Positions 33,019 to 42,186 are shown, counted from the first letter of the stretch. The stretch: 64,000 bases of DNA from Prosthecobacter sp. (GCA_044345215.1 JBIJBO010000002.1:272-64271); one strand, 5' to 3'. Notes: generated from the sequence alone by a model not told the origin. Made by a program: numbers and translations.

Positions 33019-34125
33019 ATGCCGAAGCCCACCATGAAACCCACCCAACTGCTGCTGGCCCTCTGCGGTCTGCTTGCCACCCCGGCGGCTCTCGTTGCCC
33101 AAAACGAACCTCCGCGTCCCGATCAACCGCCGCCTCCCGGCCGTTCGCTTCCCGCGGAAGCCCGCCGCGAGGCGCCGGTGCCGCCGAAGCGCGAGCCGGG
33201 TCGCCCGGAGCGCGCTGAACCGGGCCCGCGTCCGGAAGCCCGCCGCGAGGCGCCGGTGCCACCCAAGGACGAGCACCGTTCGCATGCGCGTGATGGCGAC
33301 GCCCATGCGCAGGGTCGCGCCACGGAGATGCGTCCCGTCAGCTATCTTGGCGTGCTCACCGCACCCGTCAGCCCGGAGGTGCGTGCCCATCTGGGTTTGA
33401 GGGAAGGCTTTGGCCTGCGGATCGTCGAAGTCCAGCGCGGCAGTCCGGCCCAGGCGGCCGGCTTGAAGGAAAACGACATTCTCATTCGCTTCGAGGATCA
33501 GCGCCTGGCCAGCATGGAGCAACTGCAGGCCCTGGTGCGCGAGTGCCACAAGGGGGAGAGGGTCAACCTGCTGCTGATCTCCGCCGGCAAGGAGGCGATG
33601 GTCTCGGTCGAGGTGGGCGAGGTCCGCGTCCCGCTCCATCCTGAGCCGCAGGGGCCGCGTTTCATGCCTCCGCCGGATCTGCAGCGTCCTCCGGGGGCGC
33701 ATTTCGGTGAGATGCGCGAGGCCTGGGAGCGGCATCGCCGCGCGCTGCAGGAGTGGCAGGAAGGCCTGCGCCATGGCGGACGCGGTGACATGCCGCCGGC
33801 GGCCCCGCGCGGCCGCGCTCCTGCAGATCAGGGCGCGGGAGAATCGCGCCGTGGCGAGGGCGCGTCGGTGTCGACGGTGACCCGCAGCGACGACAGCGGC
33901 ATTTACACCCTCAAGCGCGAGGGCGATCGCGTTGTCTTCAGCGTTCAGCCCAAGGACGGCGAGGCGCGCAGCTGGAATCTTCCCCAGGAGCATGACCGCA
34001 TTCCTGAACCGCTGCGCGACAAACTCCGCCAGTTGGAAGAGATTCGCGGCGATCGAGCGGAAGGCCGCAATCGCTCGCCCGCGGAGAGCCGCAATCCGGA
34101 AAAAGATCCGCGCGACCGGCGTTGA
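33019..34125 (+). CDS. Secreted PDZ-domain protein with Pro/Arg/Glu-rich flanks
   Basis: Track ORF 32980..34125. Likely starts are ATG 33019 or 33034 (MKPTQLLLALCGLLATPAALVAQ, a signal peptide). The PDZ core is GLRIVEVQRGSPAQAAGLKENDILIRFEDQRLASMEQLQALV. It lies immediately downstream of the sigma/anti-sigma pair, and GTG 32980 overlaps the previous stop. Confidence 0.75.
   Translation: MPKPTMKPTQLLLALCGLLATPAALVAQNEPPRPDQPPPPGRSLPAEARREAPVPPKREPGRPERAEPGPRPEARREAPVPPKDEHRSHARDGDAHAQGRATEMRPVSYLGVLTAPVSPEVRAHLGLREGFGLRIVEVQRGSPAQAAGLKENDILIRFEDQRLASMEQLQALVRECHKGERVNLLLISAGKEAMVSVEVGEVRVPLHPEPQGPRFMPPPDLQRPPGAHFGEMREAWERHRRALQEWQEGLRHGGRGDMPPAAPRGRAPADQGAGESRRGEGASVSTVTRSDDSGIYTLKREGDRVVFSVQPKDGEARSWNLPQEHDRIPEPLRDKLRQLEEIRGDRAEGRNRSPAESRNPEKDPRDRR
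33157..33267 (+). repeat. Intragenic direct repeat (EARREAPVPPK x2, 78-bp period)
   Basis: GAAGCCCGCCGCGAGGCGCCGGTGCC occurs identically at about 33157 and about 33235, inside the PDZ-protein gene. Confidence 0.7.
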
Positions 34126-34236
34126 TTTTTGCGTCAACCCAGCAACCAAGGGGCAGGGGCGTGTGTGTCGGGAGCCGCACGCCTCTGCCCTCCATCTTGG
34201 GAGGCATGACGACGCCGCCGGCCGGGTGAGGGCAGC

Positions 34237-35214
34237 TCACCAGCCAAACTTTTTGATCACGGCCTTCTTGCGCAGGCCCTCCATCCATTTGTCGATGATG
34301 GCCTTGGACTTTTCCGAGGAGATGGCCCGTTCGATTTCCTCGCGAATTTCCGCCAGCGGCTTGGCCGTTCCCGGCCGGATGTCATCGCAGGCGATGATGA
34401 TGAAGGCGGCTTCGTCGTCGAGGACGGGGCTGATGCTGCCGGGCTTCATGCCGAATGCCACGTTGGCGATGGAGGCCTTGAGCTGGTCGCGGTTCATCCA
34501 GTCCCAGGCACCGCCGTCTTCGGACCTGCTGTCCTGGGAGTAGGTCTTGGCCATGTTGGCGAAATCCGCGCCGCCCGTGAGGCGGGTGCGAATCTCGTCG
34601 GCCAGCTTGCGTTGGCTTTCGAGGGTGGTGCCCGCCTCGCCGCCAAACTTGGGCAGGGTGATCGTGCGAATTTTGACTGAACCGCCGCTGCGCCAGGTGT
34701 CGATGTTTTTTTTGTAGAAGTCCTCGACTTCCTTCGGGGTCGCCGGCGGTTGTTCGGCGGCCTGCTTGCCGCGCATGGCCTGAACGATCATCATCTTCTC
34801 GCGCATTTCGCGGAACTTTTTCAGGGTCATGCCTGTGGAGGTCAGCTCGCGGATGAAAGCGTCGCGGTCCCCCTTGAAACTCTCGCGGATGATGCCGTTG
34901 ATGTCATCATCCACCCACTGGGCCTTGATGCTGGCGCCGAGCCGCTTGAATTCGGCGAGCACAAGTTCGCGGTCCACCAGGCTGTCGAGGGCGGTGGCGC
35001 GCAACTTGACCAGTTCGTCCTTGAGCTTGTCGGGTTCGTTCTGGAGCTGGAAACGCAGGATCTGTTCCTGGGCGTTGACCGCGTCGCGCACCTCCGACTT
35101 CATGACCGGGTTGCCATTGACCACGGCCGCGATGCCGTTGCTGTAGGTTTGTGCAACGACGCTGCCGGTCAGGGCTAGGGCGGCGACGAGGGAAAAGAGG
35201 AGGCGGAGATTCAT
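34237..35214 (-). CDS. SurA/PrsA-like peptidyl-prolyl isomerase (parvulin type) chaperone
   Basis: Internal ATG (MNLRLLFSLVAALALTGSVVAQ, a signal peptide) of track ORF 34237..35277, 325 aa. It has a SurA_N-like region (IAAVVNGNPVMKSEV) and a rotamase domain (VKIRTITLPK...ADFANMAKTYSQDSRSEDGGAWDWM). Confidence 0.8.
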   Translation of the reverse strand: MNLRLLFSLVAALALTGSVVAQTYSNGIAAVVNGNPVMKSEVRDAVNAQEQILRFQLQNEPDKLKDELVKLRATALDSLVDRELVLAEFKRLGASIKAQWVDDDINGIIRESFKGDRDAFIRELTSTGMTLKKFREMREKMMIVQAMRGKQAAEQPPATPKEVEDFYKKNIDTWRSGGSVKIRTITLPKFGGEAGTTLESQRKLADEIRTRLTGGADFANMAKTYSQDSRSEDGGAWDWMNRDQLKASIANVAFGMKPGSISPVLDDEAAFIIIACDDIRPGTAKPLAEIREEIERAISSEKSKAIIDKWMEGLRKKAVIKKFGW

Positions 35215-35335
35215 GTTCCTGTGCCCAACGCTTAACCAGCATTTGCGGGGCAGGCAAGGCCAAACCCGGTGGCGCAAGCCGCGAAAACAGCCGGCCGCAG
35301 CATGTCCGTGCCCTCGATGCCCGCCGCTGCTGTGG

Positions 35336-36331
35336 TCAGGCCGCCCGGCCGAAGGCGCTGACCTCGTTTTTGTTGGCGCACAGTCGTGTCAGGCGGAAGT
35401 CCGCGCAACGCGCCGGTGCCCGCGCCTTGAGGAGCTCGAGCAGGCCATACTCGTCGCCTCCCTTGAACTTGATCGTGACCAGGAAACGGCGCATGAGGCC
35501 GGTCTCGAGCCAGTCGAACAGCAGGTCGATGCTGCGCTGTGGGGAGGCAATGATGTCACAGAGAAGCCAGTCGACCTGTTTCGCGGGACGGAACTTGAAG
35601 GCGTCACCCTGATGAAACTGCAGGCGAGGATGGCGCATGAGATCTTCGCGCAGGGGGCTGCGATCCACAGCAGTGACGCGGGCTCCGCGCTGCAGGGCAA
35701 CGTAGCTCCAGCTGCCAGGTGAAGCACCAAGGTCGACACAGCTCTGACCTGCCTGAAGGCGCTCGCCGAGGCGCAGTTCGGCTTCGATGACCTTGGCGAA
35801 GGCCCGGCTCGGAGCCTGCTTGTCGATCGCCGGAGGGATGTCGCCGGCGGTGAAGGTGGAGATCAGCGCGCGCCGCTCATGGGGCTGGGGAGCGGCACAG
35901 ACGGAGACCAGGCCCGCGTCGGGGGCGGTGAGAACGGCCTGGACCAGGGAGGTGGCCGGTGTGAAGGGGGACGTGCTGTCCTCCAGCGAACGCAGCAGCG
36001 TGCGCCGGCGCTTTCTCAGGCGCTCGGTCAAGGCGGCCCGGATCAGGGCGCAGCGGTGGCTGCCGGCTCGACCCACGCCGTAGGCCGGCCAGAGGTGCAG
36101 GCGCCACGGCTGGTGATCGGGCAGGGCGAGCAGAAGCGGCTCAAGCAAAGCATCCGCCCACGCATTCACCGAGGCGGCCTGGATGGCGTGGCAGTCGGGC
36201 AGGGTCTGGCGGGCGAAGGCGGCAAAGGCCGGCAGGGGGGCGCAGCTCAGCCAGGGTGAGGTGCCGGCCGCCACACCGAGTTCCTGCGCCAGCGGTTCGA
36301 TCAGCTCCGGGTCGGCCAGGAGGGTGTGCAT
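35336..36331 (-). CDS. rlmM: 23S rRNA 2'-O-ribose C2498 methyltransferase RlmM-like (FtsJ-type SAM MTase)
   Basis: Internal ATG (MHTLLADPELIEPL...) of track ORF 35336..36445, 331 aa. The C-terminal half, CVDLGASPGSWSYVALQRGARVTAVD...GDAFKFRP...WLLCDIIASP...FLVTIKFK, parallels E. coli RlmM/YgdE. Confidence 0.78.
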   Translation of the reverse strand: MHTLLADPELIEPLAQELGVAAGTSPWLSCAPLPAFAAFARQTLPDCHAIQAASVNAWADALLEPLLLALPDHQPWRLHLWPAYGVGRAGSHRCALIRAALTERLRKRRRTLLRSLEDSTSPFTPATSLVQAVLTAPDAGLVSVCAAPQPHERRALISTFTAGDIPPAIDKQAPSRAFAKVIEAELRLGERLQAGQSCVDLGASPGSWSYVALQRGARVTAVDRSPLREDLMRHPRLQFHQGDAFKFRPAKQVDWLLCDIIASPQRSIDLLFDWLETGLMRRFLVTIKFKGGDEYGLLELLKARAPARCADFRLTRLCANKNEVSAFGRAA

Positions 36332-36353
36332 GGAGTCGGAATACGGGGGCTCC

Positions 36354-37337
36354 TCAGGCGAGAAGCGGCAGCAGGGTTTCCAGTTCGGGCAGTTCGGCAC
36401 AGACGACGGCGAGGTTGCGAACGCCGGCGGGAATGTGCTGCTCAAAGTGGGGCTTGCCCTGATTCCGGCTCAGATTGGCGTAGGCGCCCAGAGCCTGCAT
36501 CAGACGCTGGGCGGCGCATTGCAGCACCACGACGCGCAACTCGTCCAGGGGCAGTCCGCGCAGGCTGGCATAGAACTCCAGAAGCTGGTCGCGCTCGTTG
36601 CGGCTGAGGGTCACATACGGATCAAAGAGCAGCGAGGCGAGGTCATACTCGGCCAGCCCGGGGCGCAGGCCCTGGTAGTCGACCAGCCAGGCCGCGTTAT
36701 CGCGGAGCAGGATGTTCTGACTCTGGAAATCCCGGTGCACGAGGCAGCGCGGTCGTTCGGCGAGGCAGCGGCGCAGGCTGGCAAGCGCCGCGTGGGCCGC
36801 TGCGTGGTCGGCACCTGCCGTTTCACGTCCCAGATGTCCGCGCACGAAGTGCTCCAGGAAGTAGTTCTGTTCCCACGCGTAAAGATCCTCGTCGAACTCG
36901 GGTTCCATGGCGGTCACCTCCTCGGGGGCGAGCTGCCCGGCTGCGACGGCATGAATCTTGGCAGCCTCGCGCAGGGCTGCCTGATAGAGCGGGCGACGCT
37001 GGTCCCAGGGATCGTCGCGGTGCGCATGCAGGTCGTCCTGTCCGAGGTCTTCCAGCCAAACGAAGAGCCGCTGCTCATCGACGCCCAGGATGGCCGGCAC
37101 GCGCACTCCCAAGGCAGACAGCCGACGCGTGGCGGGCACAAATTTGGGATTGTCGCGCCGTGCCAGGGTGTAGATCATCAGGATCATCGGCGGCTGCCCG
37201 GCGTCTGCCCAGCGGAAGCGGTAGTAATGGCGGTCGGAGCCCCCCTTGAGGATGGGCTCAACCTCGCAGGCGCAGTCCTGCATCGCGGGAAAGCGCTGGC
37301 GCGTCAGGATGAGCAGGGCCTCGTGTTCGGGTGGCAT
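36354..37337 (-). CDS. Aminoglycoside-phosphotransferase-fold kinase, AmgK-like (anomeric MurNAc/GlcNAc kinase candidate)
   Basis: Internal ATG (MPPEHEALLILTRQRF...) of track ORF 36354..37430, 327 aa. It has SDRHYYR, the catalytic loop LVHRDFQSQNILL, and LVDYQGLRPGLAEYDLASLL. The substrate assignment is inferred from family resemblance only. Confidence 0.68.
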   Translation of the reverse strand: MPPEHEALLILTRQRFPAMQDCACEVEPILKGGSDRHYYRFRWADAGQPPMILMIYTLARRDNPKFVPATRRLSALGVRVPAILGVDEQRLFVWLEDLGQDDLHAHRDDPWDQRRPLYQAALREAAKIHAVAAGQLAPEEVTAMEPEFDEDLYAWEQNYFLEHFVRGHLGRETAGADHAAAHAALASLRRCLAERPRCLVHRDFQSQNILLRDNAAWLVDYQGLRPGLAEYDLASLLFDPYVTLSRNERDQLLEFYASLRGLPLDELRVVVLQCAAQRLMQALGAYANLSRNQGKPHFEQHIPAGVRNLAVVCAELPELETLLPLLA

Positions 37338-37468
37338 CAAGGGCGATGTAGCGTCGTCCCGCGGCTCCCGCAACCGCGAGCTGCATGGCCGGGCTGTGGG
37401 AAAAAACATCGGAATCTGCCAGAAAGCCATCGTTCATGCCGCTTGTTAAGCTTGCAACCCATTCCGCC

Positions 37469-38716
37469 ATGCGCCCGACCTTCCTGATCCTGCTCGCCGC
37501 CTGTCTTCCTGCCCTCGCCGATTGGCCCGAATTCCGCGGTCCCGGTCGCCAGGGGCACAGCGAGGCGGCTGAACTGCCGGTGGAGTGGAATCCGGCGTCG
37601 CAACGCGGCATCCGCTGGAAGGTGCCGGTGGCCGGCGTCGGCTGGTCCTCTCCGGTGGTTGCCGGGGGACGCATTTATCTGACCACCGCCGTGCCTGAAG
37701 GCGGCATCGACAAGCCTGGGGCAGCACGCAGCCTGCGCGCACTCTGCCTGGAGGCGGCCGACGGTCGGCTGGTTTGGGACCGCGAAGTTTTCCTGCAGGC
37801 GCCGGATGCGCCGGCGGTGCACAAGAAGAACAGTCATGCCAGTCCGACCCCGGTGTTTCAGGCGGGCCGGCTGTATGTGCATTTTGGTCATCAGGGCAGT
37901 GCCTGCCTGGAGGCGGCCGACGGCAAGGTGGTCTGGAGCACGCGCGAGTTTGCCTATGCCCCGGTGCACGGCAACGGCGGCAGTCCGGTGCTCGAGGGCG
38001 GGCTGTTCATCTTCAACGCGGACGCTGCGGAAAAGCCGGCGGTGATCGCGCTCGACCAGGCCACCGGGCAGCTTTGCTGGCGCTTTGAGCGGGTCAGCGA
38101 CGCCAAGAACAAATTCTCCTTCTGCACGCCGCTGGTCATCCAGGTCAACGGCGCCCGCCAGCTCATCAGCGCCGGCAGTGGCGTCGTCAACGCCCTTGAT
38201 CCCGCCACCGGCCGCGAGATCTGGAAGGTGCGCTACGGGGATGGTTACTCGGTCGTGCCGCGACCGGTCTTTGCCCACGGACTGCTCTACTTGGGCACCG
38301 GCTACAACAAGCCCATTGCCCTGGCCATTCGCGTTGATGGCGCCGGCGATGTCACCGGCAGCCACATTGCCTGGCAGATCGACAAGTTTGTGCCGCACAA
38401 TCCGAGCATGATCGTGGTTGGCGAGGAGCTGTACTTTGTCGCCGACAACGGGGTGCTTACCTGCGCCGATGCAAAGACCGGGCAGGTGCATTATCAGGAG
38501 CGCTGCACGGGGCCGATCAGCGCCTCGATTCTGCATGCCGGCGGCCGGCTCTACCTGCAGGATGAAAAGGGCCTCGGGGTCGTGGCCCAGTCCGGCAAGA
38601 GCTTTCGTGTCCTCTTCAAGAACGACCTTGGCGAGCGTTCGCTCGCCTCGCACGCCGTGGTCGACCAAGACCTGCTGATTCGGACCGAGAACCATCTCTG
38701 GCGGATCGGTCGGTGA
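37469..38716 (+). CDS. Secreted PQQ-like (BamB-type) beta-propeller repeat protein
   Basis: Internal ATG (MRPTFLILLAACLPALADWPEFRGPGRQG...) of track ORF 37385..38716, 415 aa. It has repeated SSPVV.GGRIYL / G.LY.. blades. Confidence 0.8.
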   Translation: MRPTFLILLAACLPALADWPEFRGPGRQGHSEAAELPVEWNPASQRGIRWKVPVAGVGWSSPVVAGGRIYLTTAVPEGGIDKPGAARSLRALCLEAADGRLVWDREVFLQAPDAPAVHKKNSHASPTPVFQAGRLYVHFGHQGSACLEAADGKVVWSTREFAYAPVHGNGGSPVLEGGLFIFNADAAEKPAVIALDQATGQLCWRFERVSDAKNKFSFCTPLVIQVNGARQLISAGSGVVNALDPATGREIWKVRYGDGYSVVPRPVFAHGLLYLGTGYNKPIALAIRVDGAGDVTGSHIAWQIDKFVPHNPSMIVVGEELYFVADNGVLTCADAKTGQVHYQERCTGPISASILHAGGRLYLQDEKGLGVVAQSGKSFRVLFKNDLGERSLASHAVVDQDLLIRTENHLWRIGR

Positions 38717-38817
38717 CGATCGCCAGGGTGCGTTGCCCGCCTTGTCGGCAAAGATCCCTGCCGCCGTGAGGCAGGGGCTTGGTCCATTGCGGATGTTGTC
38801 TGCCTGCGTGCCCGGGA

Positions 38818-39732
38818 TCAGCCGTTTTGGGCGAGGAGTTCCTTCGCCGCCTGTTCGATGGCGGGCAGCAGGTGAGAGGGCAGTTCGGTGAGAAGCGGCA
38901 GGACGGGGCCGGTCTGGGCGACGCCAGCCAGTGCGACGGCATGGTGCAGCACGAGGATGGGGCTGTGGGCGTTGCGAAGGTCTTCCAGCGGGCGGAAGAT
39001 TTCGCGCAGGGCCTCGGCCTTGGCAAAGTCGCCGGCGTGGATGGCGTGCAGAAGGTTGGTGCTCGGCTGTGGAGCCACGCAGACGCAGCCGGCGGTGAAG
39101 CCGGCGAGGCCGAAGTCGCGCAGGTGAATGATGGCTGGCTGTTCGCCGATGCCCGAGACGATGACCTCGGGATTCACGAGGGTGATGAGCTTGCTCAGGT
39201 AGGCATCCCGGGACGGGTCTTCCTTGACGACAGCATACTTGATCCAGGAAATGAGGCCGTCGTTGACCAGGGAAGCCGCAAGTTCCGGGGTGATGTAGGC
39301 TTCGTCCTTGATGTAAAGCACGGCCTCCAGGCCGGATTTTTCCACCCAGTGGCGGATCCCGGTGGCCACGCCCTCCGGCTTGGCCGGGAACAGGGTCGGC
39401 AGCAGCATGGCGGTCGGGAACCCCTGGTCGCGCAGCATGCTGGCCTGGTCCATGGCGGTGCCGTACATCGGACCAACGCTGGGCACCATCCACATGTCTT
39501 CCGGTGCCAGCTCGCGCAGCATTTGCAGAAGGGCGGGGTATTCGGAGGGGGCGATGTGGTAGAGGTTGGCGTTGCCGCCGTAAAGGAGCGTGCGGATCCC
39601 GCCTGCATGCAGATGGCGGATCAGCTTGCCGTTTTCCTCGCGGTTGAGGCTGAGATCAGCACTGCGGCAGAGCGGCGGAACAGCGATGACGGAGCTGCGG
39701 AGGTCGGCAGAGGTGACGGGCGTGGTCTTCAT
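38818..39732 (-). CDS. Dihydrodipicolinate synthase/N-acetylneuraminate lyase family protein
   Basis: Internal ATG (MKTTPVTSADLRSSVIAVPPL...) of track ORF 38818..40005, 304 aa. The TIM-barrel class I aldolase pattern is present (GIRTLLYGGNANLYH, WIKYAVV). It is not clearly the canonical DapA. Confidence 0.78.
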   Translation of the reverse strand: MKTTPVTSADLRSSVIAVPPLCRSADLSLNREENGKLIRHLHAGGIRTLLYGGNANLYHIAPSEYPALLQMLRELAPEDMWMVPSVGPMYGTAMDQASMLRDQGFPTAMLLPTLFPAKPEGVATGIRHWVEKSGLEAVLYIKDEAYITPELAASLVNDGLISWIKYAVVKEDPSRDAYLSKLITLVNPEVIVSGIGEQPAIIHLRDFGLAGFTAGCVCVAPQPSTNLLHAIHAGDFAKAEALREIFRPLEDLRNAHSPILVLHHAVALAGVAQTGPVLPLLTELPSHLLPAIEQAAKELLAQNG

Positions 39733-39874
39733 GCGGGGCGCCACAGTCGGGGGAAGGACGGGGGAGGCAACTAAAATCCACGGCGGAATGCAGTCTCTGT
39801 CAGCCGTCAACGGGGCTACGCGACACTGCCTGCAGACGGGCATGGCCTGATCCGGGAGCCGAGGGGGCCGCCCG

Positions 39875-40642
39875 TCAACGGATCGGGGAAAAATCGGTGG
39901 CCCGCAGGTAGACGCTGCGAACGCCTTCCGGCTGGGGCACCGTGAGTGAGCCACCGTTGGCCGCTTCCGAGGCACTTTTCGCGGCCATCCAGTCCGGGTC
40001 GGCACGGAACGCCTTGAAGGAGGCCAGTCCCGCCTCCTGACTGTCGTGTCCGAGCAGGTAGATCAACTGGATGCCGCCCCCCTTGTTGGTGTCGGTCGGG
40101 GTCCAGTAGCCGACGTGGCGCATGCCATGTTTGCTGAAAAGCGCCATCGTGTGATCGCGAAAGCGCGCGTGCAGGGCGTCGAGCTTGCCGGGCAGGGTGG
40201 TGTAGGTGCGCAGTTCGAAGACGCCCCCGGTCTTGCCAGTCTTGATGGGTGGGGAGTAGTCGGTGGCCGACAAGAAAACGGATTCCGGGGGGCGGGCGAG
40301 GATCTTGCCATTCGCCTCGCTGGCCCGGCGGGCCGCCTGCCAGTCGGGATCCTTGCCAAAGGCGGCAAACGATGCCTGGGCCGCCTCGCGGCTCTGATGG
40401 GCCAGCAGGTAGATGAGGGTTGTCTCGGCCCCGTCTTCCTGGGCCAGCGGCACCCAGTAGCCGATGTTTTCCATGCCGTGTTTCTCGAACAGGCGGCAGG
40501 TGTGCTCGCGGAAGCGCGTCAGGAGTGCATCGAGCTTGCCGGGATTCGTCACATAGGTGCGCAATTCGTAAACACGTTCGGCGACCGCGACGGGTGCGGT
40601 CAATCCCAACAGGGCGGTGGCGAGAAGCAGGCGGCGGATCAT
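39875..40642 (-). CDS. Secreted tandem NIPSNAP-domain protein
   Basis: Internal ATG (MIRRLLLATALLGLTAPVAVAE) of track ORF 39875..40846, 255 aa. It has two copies of YELRTY...PGKLDAL..RF..HT..LF.KHGM...GYW...LIYLL.H.S.EA...SF.AF..DPDW. Confidence 0.82.
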   Translation of the reverse strand: MIRRLLLATALLGLTAPVAVAERVYELRTYVTNPGKLDALLTRFREHTCRLFEKHGMENIGYWVPLAQEDGAETTLIYLLAHQSREAAQASFAAFGKDPDWQAARRASEANGKILARPPESVFLSATDYSPPIKTGKTGGVFELRTYTTLPGKLDALHARFRDHTMALFSKHGMRHVGYWTPTDTNKGGGIQLIYLLGHDSQEAGLASFKAFRADPDWMAAKSASEAANGGSLTVPQPEGVRSVYLRATDFSPIR

Positions 40643-40851
40643 GGCCAATAGAGACGAAATTCGCACAGGAGTTGTTGCAAGCCGTCGCGGTGCAAGGGCC
40701 GCCCCGAATGCCGGCCGCAGAGCCAGTGTGGCGGGAAAACAAGCAGTGCTCATTAGTTCGAAAGTGGAAAAATAAGCAGGCGGATCGACACCTTCGGGGT
40801 GGGGTAAGCGCTCAATTATGGGAATCATAGTCAATATGAAGGCCATTGGCA

Positions 40852-40875
40852 GTCTGCGCAGTGCGGACTTTTTTT
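40852..40875 (+). terminator. Terminator-like hairpin + T7 inside the leader of the discoidin/Ig operon (possible attenuator)
   Basis: GTCTGC-gcagt-GCGGAC, a 6-bp stem that includes one G-U pair, is followed by TTTTTTT. It lies about 57 nt upstream of ATG 40933 in an AT-rich 290-bp divergent intergenic region. No upstream plus-strand gene is present for it to terminate. Confidence 0.3.
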
Positions 40876-40932
40876 CTTGTCATACCACTGCCGTTGTCAT
40901 CTCCTAACCAATTAAAGTTAAATCCCAAAAAG

Positions 40933-42186
40933 ATGCAGACCCGATTTTTCTTCGCGTGCGGCTTTGCCCTTTCGACCTGCCTGATTCCCGCCCTGCTGCC
41001 GGCAGCGGCCCTCCACAAGCTGACGCCGCGCGAGTCCGTGCCGGTTGGCATGGAGATGCATTATGCCGGCACCTCTCTTGTGGAGGGGCAGGGGGTGCTC
41101 AATGGCGACTCCCTGATTCGGGATCACACCGCTGAGGCGCACCTCGTCGCGGGTTCAAGCCAGTTGATTTTCAAATTTTCCCGTCAGGCGGTTTTGAACC
41201 GTCTCTCCTTCATCAACGATGGCATGCAGGGGCAAGTGTGCCTGTTTGCCAGCCATGACGGTCGCGAGTGGACTGCGTTGAGCCGTGAGCGTTATATGCC
41301 CGCCGATCGCCAGGTCTCCGTCAACCCCGGTTGTGCCCAAGCCCGCTACGTAAAGCTCGAGTTTGATTCGCGCCAGGGCGGCACGATTCGTTGTCTGCGC
41401 CTTCAGGGTGGCGACAGTGACCTCGATTATCAGGTCGTTCAGGACAACGCCGGCGGACAGGTCAATTTTGCCTCAGGACTTGGCGGCGGTCGGATGGTTT
41501 ACGCAAGTCCGGCCGGCAGTGGCAACGAACGCATGGTCGTCTATGATCTCGGGCAGCCGCGCCAGGTCGATGAATTTGCCTCGGTCCACAGCCGCCAGCC
41601 GGTCGCCCTGAAAGTGTATGCCCTTTCGGCACTTCCCGAGAAGGAAGACTGGCGCGGCCGTTTTCAGGCGGATCCGGCGCAGGTCGAGCGACCCGGACAA
41701 CTGGTGGCGGAGGCCGAGGATGCATTTGGCAGCGGCCATGTCCGCATTCGCTTGAAAAAGCCGGTCACGACCCGCTACTTGGCCATGGCTTGGCAGAGCC
41801 AATCCGGGCTGGCGCATTTCAAAGCCTATGAAATTGCGGCAAGCGGCCCGGCCAAAGTCCGGCATGCGCCCCGCACGACACCCTCCCTGGCCAGCAACGA
41901 GCGCGAGCAGAATCGATCGGTGTCCGATGCGTCCGCCGGTGCTTCGGCCATGGTGCCAAGTCATCCCTTGAATCCGCCGACGCCGGCTCCCGGGTTTTCG
42001 ATCGGCGCATACGGCTTTGGCGCCGGAGTGATGCAGGCGGGGGGTGGCGCACAGCCGGCCAAGTTCCGTCAGGGCAGCCTTCGTGCCATCAAGGCCCAGG
42101 AGGAGCCACCACCCGACGAGGAAATTCCGGAATTTGAAGGACCTGCCTTTGGCATTGAGTGGTGTCTGTCTCCGAGCGCCGCATGA
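40933..42186 (+). CDS. Secreted hypothetical protein with discoidin (F5/8 type C)-like jelly-roll modules
   Basis: Internal ATG (MQTRFFFACGFALSTCLIPALLPAAA) of track ORF 40846..42186, 417 aa. Two modules resemble galactose-binding-like domains (LIFKFSRQAVLNRLSFINDG...ARYVKLEF and MVVYDLGQPRQVDEFASVHS...TRYLAMAW). The C-terminus is Pro/Gly-rich. Confidence 0.65.
   Translation: MQTRFFFACGFALSTCLIPALLPAAALHKLTPRESVPVGMEMHYAGTSLVEGQGVLNGDSLIRDHTAEAHLVAGSSQLIFKFSRQAVLNRLSFINDGMQGQVCLFASHDGREWTALSRERYMPADRQVSVNPGCAQARYVKLEFDSRQGGTIRCLRLQGGDSDLDYQVVQDNAGGQVNFASGLGGGRMVYASPAGSGNERMVVYDLGQPRQVDEFASVHSRQPVALKVYALSALPEKEDWRGRFQADPAQVERPGQLVAEAEDAFGSGHVRIRLKKPVTTRYLAMAWQSQSGLAHFKAYEIAASGPAKVRHAPRTTPSLASNEREQNRSVSDASAGASAMVPSHPLNPPTPAPGFSIGAYGFGAGVMQAGGGAQPAKFRQGSLRAIKAQEEPPPDEEIPEFEGPAFGIEWCLSPSAA

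Noticed and set aside
37337-39493. 718-aa minus-strand ORF covering the PQQ-propeller gene (antisense) and part of the DHDPS-family gene in another frame
   Set aside because: It cannot coexist with two motif-supported genes. The composition is Pro/Arg/Gly-rich.
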